A stretch of 55,009 nt of DNA, the filler included, from Basidiobolus ranarum (taxonomy: Eukaryota): the NCBI GenBank assembly GCA_040143965.1. It is 3 parts of 3 records of this genome, joined end to end, with 100 filler letters (N's around TTAATTAATTAA, not from the genome) between each part and the next. Parts side by side here need not be neighbours in the genome. Positions count along the whole stretch, not along the records: positions 36,822 to 55,009 come from JASJQH010000282.1; 2 more parts are not named here. One strand, written 5' to 3'. Every line of letters begins with the position of its first letter. Within the stretch, counting starts at the first letter, position 1. Below the pieces are notes generated by a model. That model was not told where the DNA came from. It saw nothing but the letters and a program-made list of their open reading frames with translations, and did no database searches. The position numbers and the translations under genes were made by a program. Below are positions 48,088-55,009 of this stretch, in pieces.

Positions 48088-50223
48088 ATGGAGTTGGTTC
48101 ACTCTAGGGTCCAACACCTTTATACTTTATGGAATGACCTTGGCTACTATGAGACAAAATATACACGTGGAGACTGTGCCATCCCTAGTTGGGTTGAAGA
48201 GAAATTTCGACCAGCTCTACGTGAACTGGATAAGTTAGTCTTGGTCGAAGCTAAACAACGTGCTTTATTGCAAGCAGAAGTCGAAGATTTGGAGGTAACA
48301 TAATATCCCCATTTGAATTTATTGTGTTCGGTTTTCTCATTGAAACTCCCTCATAGGTGTCTATTGAACAAAAGTGTCACTCCTTGGGCCACAATGTCGA
48401 TTTATACCTACCCAGATGTACCCCTATGAGTACTAAATCCATTTACGCTACTTATTTGGAACTCAAGAGCTTGTGCAACTCCCTTGACGCAGAGCTTGCT
48501 AGACAGAAGAAACGCTTTGAAGAAGCAATGCACACCTTGCAAACGTTAACCAAAGAGTTATTTGAAATGGACAAGCTTCCAAACCCGGTAAGACTTCTTT
48601 TTCCAGAAAGGGAATGAATTTATTGATATGACTATATCCAAATTCTGATGCATCATTTATGTTTAATATTACCAGGATTCCAATGATTTAAGCCAGAGTA
48701 CAGTTGATTTTGTAAGCTATGCAGCCAACAATATCACCCTCCTCAAAGAAATTAGAGTTCAAGAATTCAATAACGCCGCTACTGATTTGCATCAAATTTG
48801 GAAACATATCAAATTCACTCCATCGGATGAAATAGAACAAGCGCTGGTGGACCAATTTATTTTATTAGATGGAAATTGCTTGAATACTACGAATAGTTCA
48901 AATTCGATGAAGTTGAACTGGTACTCACCTCATCAACCACCACTTACCTTGTCAAGTGAATGTGTCGAAGCGATGAAGCAGAAGCAGCGTCGCTTCAATC
49001 AAATCTTAGTGGAGCGTAAGCAGCGGCATGCGTCTCTCACAAAGAGAATCAGCAGGTTGTATAAGGAGTTGGGAACCCTTGAGTGCAAAAAGAAACACTT
49101 CCCAGTCAATTATGAAGAAAGTGCATTAGCTGAAATGGAGTCAGAACATGGACGTCTGAGAGAGATCCTCATGGTTAATTTGGATCAGCTTATCGAAGAC
49201 TATAAACTCAAACTCACTGAGTACTGGGAGAAATGTGAAATTAACAAGGATGAGCAAGGTTTCGCCATGTTACGTATCATGGAAGGCGTCGATAAAGAAG
49301 AGCGAGCGGATATTATTCGTGAAGAGTTGATACAACTTGAGGACCTTTACAACAAATGCCATCCTATATTCTCTGCTATGCAGGAGCGCCGCGAATTAAT
49401 CCACAAGATGATTCAATTTGAAAAAACCGCCTCGGACCCCCGTCGCTTATTCCGTAGTTCTTTCCAGCTCAATCAGGAGGAGAAATGGCGAAAGACAGCA
49501 TATCCAAATTTATTGAAGTTTGAAGAGCTACTCATAAATGCTATATTAGAGTACGAGTTGGAAGAGAACAAACCATTTGTGCACAATAACCAACGTTATA
49601 TGGATGTATTGGAGAGAGAGATCGCCGAGCGTCCAGTTTGTCTAACTGTATTCGGTTTCGGCAACGGTACTCCCGTCAAAGCTCGTAATGCAAGCTACTC
49701 TGGAGCTTCTTCTATTCGTGGAACGTGTGGTAACGTAAATCGCCCCTCATCTCCATCACGCAGTACGGTTACTCCACGTCGACCTACATCAACAATTCTC
49801 CGTACTACGACACGAAGTGTATCGCGTACAAGCAATATCGACGAGCGTCGTAGCTCAGTATCATCCAATGATTCAGGGGACTCGATTCATACACCGTTGC
49901 AAGCATCAAATATTGATGACCACTCCTACCATCATTCCTCGATCAACCTCAATAACGTAGCCTTTGAAATGCAAACGCCGCGTACACGGTTCAAATCTGG
50001 CAGTACAGCAACATTACCAAGGTATCGGAATATTTCATCCCCCCCACCCCTGCCTTCAACACCTGGACGTACCTTGGGGAGCATCGAACAAAAGACTATC
50101 AGAAAACCAGCAGTTGCTACTTTGTTTGGGGATACAATAAAAGTAGCCTCTTCTCCAACCACACCTAGAGCTGGCCCTCCAAGGTCCACCAGAAAACCCA
50201 CTTTACTCTCCAAGTATCAGTAG
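48088..50223 (+). CDS. ASE1: Ase1/PRC1/MAP65 microtubule-bundling protein
   Basis: Exons 48088-48294, 48357-48587, 48676-50223; conserved FEKTASDPRRLFRSSFQLNQEEKWRK..YP.L...E.E..KPF; basic S/T/P-rich tail. Confidence 0.85.
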
Positions 50224-50974
50224 TCAACATTCCGAAAAAGCTGTTCATCATCCATCCAACTTTTGCTATCACCGCATTTTTTAGTCAATTGCGTTTTGTA
50301 TTCAATCTTTTATTTTTAGACTAATCTATTTTCTCACCTGGACAAATCCATTCTAGCTGGGTAGATTGAGTTACTCTGCACCTTTCAAAGTCCATCTTCT
50401 TAATCTTTGCCATTCACTTTGTTTCGATTGACCTATCATTGTTTAAGCGTGTAATACTTCATTGTTCAAATTTGACAGATCTCACTGGAATATCATTATC
50501 AATATACTTGTTTACTCAACTTTTTGGATAGCGCCATACTATGATTGAAGCTCCTAGCGGAGTTTTCTCCTATTGGCTAGATTATGGTGAAATTTACGAG
50601 TTCATGGTTACAATTGGATATGGTAATTGTATCAAGTTATGATCTAAGAATCAGCTTTAGAGGATTTGAGTTATACAATTTTTTCGTACGTATTTGTGGA
50701 GAGTTGGAAGCACTTAGGATAATTAGAAGCACATACTATTGCAACACATTTAAAAAGTATTTATTAGGTGAAAAGTCACAAACACACAACTTTAGGGTAT
50801 GCCAAATATTTCAACATTTCAGTTCTTCCTTTACTTCACCATCTTTTACCAGTTTTTATTATTTAGTGCAATGAACTTAATCCAGTATCTTGCTCTCGAA
50901 TTAAGAGAATTGACTTTCAGCAAGTCAAATATGGCAGTTGACACATCATCAGCTAAGCATAATACTGTTCAAAG

Positions 50975-51250
50975 TGTTATAGTATTTCGGGAGTTTGTTA
51001 GAAGTAGTTTGGAGAACTGGAAGAATTGATGGTTTTCACTTATTGATTTTTTGAGTAGAAAGTTGACATTTATAGTTTTGTCAAGATGTAAACAAACAAA
51101 CGGGTAGTATGTGTTAAAGAAGGTCCCTGGAGCATGTGTGCAAACTTTGAGGCTTCTAGCACAAGCTCTGAAATATATATATCTTCAAAATTCCAAGTAA
51201 ATTCCTCTTGAGATATCTTAGTTCAGTCACTATTCTATGATAATTCAACA
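50975..51250 (-). mobile_element. Diverged solo copia LTR, same family as 27600-27928
   Basis: Shared blocks AAAGTTGACATTTATAGTTTTGTCAAGATGTAAACAAAC, CATGTGTGCAAA, GGCTTCTAGCACAAG; TG..CA ends; internal deletion; no TSD recognisable. Confidence 0.85.
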
Positions 51251-53416
51251 ACATCACAACTTGGGCATAGGAATTAACTTTAAGTATGGCGATTTGGCTT
51301 GAATATAATGCATAATAAGTATCGAGTCAATTGTAGTTCTATAGCGGTGATTACTACTAAAGAATGGCAGCATCCTCTCAATGAGTTAACTAGCCACAAC
51401 TCAACGAAATATCAAGTTAAGCATAATGAAATGGTACAGACCTTACAATGGCTATGAGAGAATTTACAACGAGAAAACTTATTAAGCCAAGTGTACAATA
51501 ACTAATTGAGAAGAAATCAACTGGCATTTCTACACCAAACTTGCAATATTGCAATGCAAGGGTAGGGATCTTGTAATATCTTACACAAAACTGCCAAAGA
51601 GGGTGCTAATACAGAGCACCAATTAGTCCATTACATACGACTGATTAAGACAGTATATGCCAAGGCCACTAATTGAGTTTATTCCAACCCTACAGAGAGT
51701 ATTGAATATAAGTCTCCGAGTACGAGCCTGCTCTGCTGCTGATCCAAATAAGTGCATAACATGCTAGGAAATATAAAACTTATTAGTACTGAAATGGCAA
51801 CCGAAAATCAAGACATCAAGTGGGTTGAGTTTCATCTTTCTACAACAGTTATTCATGTGTGATGGCTTGGTTCGGTAAAAGTCAAAAAACAATGGTACTG
51901 CTTGGGGTTACGTGATGGTGTTGGATTCAAGTAGTATATAGTCATTAGACGATATGAACCATAAAACCTGTCAATAAAGGGATTCGTCCTTCTGGTAATT
52001 TCAGTTCGTCATGCTGCTGGTCGTAGTCCTTGGCAGAGACATAATACTCGCATCAGTCACCTAAGTTGTATTAGCCTGATCCGATTTCAGCTTCAACTGT
52101 ATCACGTTCTGACGGTAAACCTTATCTGACACTGCTCCATATCATTATTTTTATAGAAGCTGGAACGAGGTGGTTACAAGGGTTGTTTCGGCTATTCTAT
52201 GCTCCATACTAAGTAATCCATGGATTCAAACACTGAAATAACCGATTTCACTTGACGAAACACGAATGCTGCAGAAAAATCACTTGGAAAGGTGCCTTCC
52301 AATCCCTGACAAAAGAGAGCATATCATCGCCATTCAAATATCAGGCTAGATCTACCCGGGTCTCCACGTATCCCAATCAATATGAAGGGAGCGAATGGCT
52401 TGATCAGCGCAACAAGAGAAAAGAGGATTATTCACCATCGTAATTTGGAATATCTTCTCTGTGTGGCATAAAACCGGTGTATTGCAATATCGCGGTTGCT
52501 GATGGACCTTTTCACTTGGATATGCAGTGCGTATCAAGTCTATTCATTTCTCATCTAATTGGAATACCAACTCAGGCGATAAGCGCCTCAAACATCACGC
52601 TACTACTGATAGGCTGCACGGTGCAAATGTTGCATATCTATCACGACGATCACGCCACTAAGAATGATGGTTTTGAGCCCAGTGCCAGAGGATGAAGTCA
52701 CCTCAGAATTTCTTTCTAATGCATCCTGCTTTTGCAGTGTTCAGTTGAAATAGTGGCATAAGTAATGTATGAGACACTATGTTTACCACGTAATGTTATC
52801 GTTGTATCTCACCAAGAGCACAGTGTTCTTCCGGCTACTATCGACGTTCTCAAAGCGACTTGGCCTAGGTAGCCGATCATTGAGGGATGAAGGTAAAACT
52901 AGCTCATATAATACAGTGCGTCTTATATTGAAACTCAGACCAACCCTAAACGTAGCACATGACTAACTTACGTCAGTCGGTCCTACCTTCGGTCATTTGG
53001 ATTCATGCCATGGTAAATGTCAACCGATCAGGGCGATTGAATTGTGATCCGGTTTTTTTCTAACCGTCACGGACTCACATACCAAACAAAGAATGTGTTC
53101 GCTAAGCAAAAACATTGTTCACGATCCAAAACCTTTGATGGATACGTGGTGCCCTTGGTTTTTCCAATTTCTCGCTTGTTTCCTTCAAATTGGAAACAAA
53201 TCCTTCGTAAACCTCAGGTAGTCTTCTCAACTGACTCATTCTTGCACCTACTAGCATTTTCAGTAAACTCTCCACGCTTTCATTTATTTGGACCATTCGC
53301 TCTTTTGCTGATTTTCTAGCAACTCGGTGTATCAAAGTACCCTTCATTCGTCACCAAAAATTTCTAACATACCTACTGGAGAATTTCGTTTCAGTACCTT
53401 CGTTACCTCCTACAAC

Positions 53417-54911
53417 ATGTCTTCTCAAAGTGGGGCACCAGCTCCTAGCTTAAGCATCGCTGATACAGCTTTCAGCCAGACTAATATTGTGATAAATAGT
53501 GAGTATTTTAGAAAGTGATATTCTCCTCATGGTATCCATCAAATAATACTCCTTCCACCAACCTCTCATAGCTCACATCTATTTCTCTAGCAACGTTCAA
53601 TGCCCTCTCGATTGTAGGTGGTTTGCTCGTACTTTTAATTACCTTTGGCCTTTGGCAACATGATCACCGTCTGATGAATCGAGTCAGCCTGCGAATAAAC
53701 GCATTTGTATCCCTGATCGATGCACTTAGATCGGCCATTGTTCTAGCCTATACATACATGACCGAAGACAGTAAGCACACCAAATATCATGGTTAATTTA
53801 ATTCTAAAGGCGACTAATATATTTCTTCGCCTATCCTCCTCCTTTCACCGAACTCGTTTTTCGACAGCTCCGAAAGAAATTTGTACATGGAGTGCGTGGT
53901 TAATCATTTTCACAGTAGATCTATATCTGTTTTTGTCAGCGGCAATTGCTTTCAATCTTCAATGGGTTGTCCTCCAGGAAAAGAAGTTTGCGCCTTGGAT
54001 GGAGCGGTACTTATATTACGGTGGATCACTTGTTCTGTCACTGCTATTCTCTTGTATCCCGTTGATAGCGGGAAGATTTGGATGGGATCAGGCTCAGGCG
54101 ATGTGTTGGTATCGAGACAGCTGGAAAACATCCTCCATTATCTGGGAATGGGTATGAGCACTCCAAGGGGTTTTACACCTTCCATTTCATTGCTAACATT
54201 ACTTATATCTCATCTCTTCAGTTTAGTTACCTTGGACCCGCGGTGGCAGTGATCATTTACTGTAATGTAGTGGTTGGGTTGGTGATCAGGAAAATAATCA
54301 CCACAAATCGAGCACTCAGGAAACACATTGGCTCAAGTCATTCAGGCAAGATTTCTACCATCCAGCGCAACACCCAGTGTGCCATCAATCGAGTGCTTGG
54401 TCGTATTGTCCTATATCCGTTTATTCCATTCATTACCCAAGCTCCTTTCATTGCAAGTAAGAAGCATAGTTCTCACTCATGAAAACGAGGATTATCTACC
54501 CATTACCTAACCATTCGATTACCTTAGGCGAGACTTATATGCATAGTAGAGGTGAGATCAACAAATGGCTGTCTCTTTTCGGGAATATCGGTAAACTTTG
54601 GGGGTGGTGTTTTACATCTATTGTAATCTATTATGTCACTAACTCTGGTATAATAATTAGCCACCGACAGCCCAGGTATTCTGAATTTCATTGCTTTGCT
54701 GATCGATCCTTCATTGTACAACGCCCTTGCTCGGGTTCGTCGGGACCTTGTCGAGAAGTATGCACAGCCAACTCATTTTCAACTGACAAACTTGTCATTG
54801 GAGGCAGAGTCAAAACCCATGGTGTCTTCTACATGTAAACATAGATTCATGTGTTGGTTTGTTAACACATTTCTACATCCTAACCCTGAGTTAAAGAACC
54901 CTCATCTCTAG
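53417..54911 (+). CDS. 7-TM GPCR, cAMP-receptor-like/Git3-related
   Basis: Six exons (53417-53498, 53591-53770, 53868-54151, 54222-54456, 54528-54590, 54661-54911): LSIVGGLLVL, NRVSLR, C..SAW, AIAFNL, FGWD....CW, RIVLYPFIP, PGILNFIALLIDP. Confidence 0.82.
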
Positions 54912-55009
54912 AAGTTAGAAATTCTCCCCCCCCCGCATGATAATTTAGCTTCTTTAATAGCTAAACTTGTAGTTTGTGTTAAAACTAGTTGTACTGTAGG
55001 AGCTGGTAC

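Overview
Eukaryotic, intron-rich, AT-rich fungal DNA. An early-diverging fungus is likely, plausibly Zoopagomycota such as Basidiobolus (inferred from gene content and short GT-AG introns). The window is three contigs joined by two artificial 100-bp linkers (44 N + TTAATTAATTAA + 44 N), so adjacency across 18.4 kb and 36.8 kb is unproven. Recognisable genes: Kin1/MARK kinase, NAA50, I9 protease inhibitor, a GLUT-type sugar porter with an internal stop, DH-BAR-SH3 RhoGEF, secreted S8 subtilase, C2-domain class-3 lipase, DHA1 MFS transporter, SR protein Srp1, RNA Pol I subunit RPA2, Ase1/PRC1 and a cAMP-receptor/Git3-like GPCR, plus Ty1/copia relics (a solo LTR with TSD, two LTR-PBS-gag stubs). 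Most interesting: (1) a small secreted protein with a pacifastin-type (arthropod I19) protease-inhibitor Cys motif; (2) an intact Tc1/IS630 transposase-derived gene lacking both catalytic Asp residues, probably domesticated; (3) a tandem pair of Cys-free amphipathic secreted paralogs; (4) an (MKKDD)n repeat ORF matching the bacterial MXKDX pattern; (5) a short gene resembling an internal segment of giant fungal GBP-like GTPase proteins; (6) CpG voids over repeats. All family assignments come from motif recognition by eye, not database searches.
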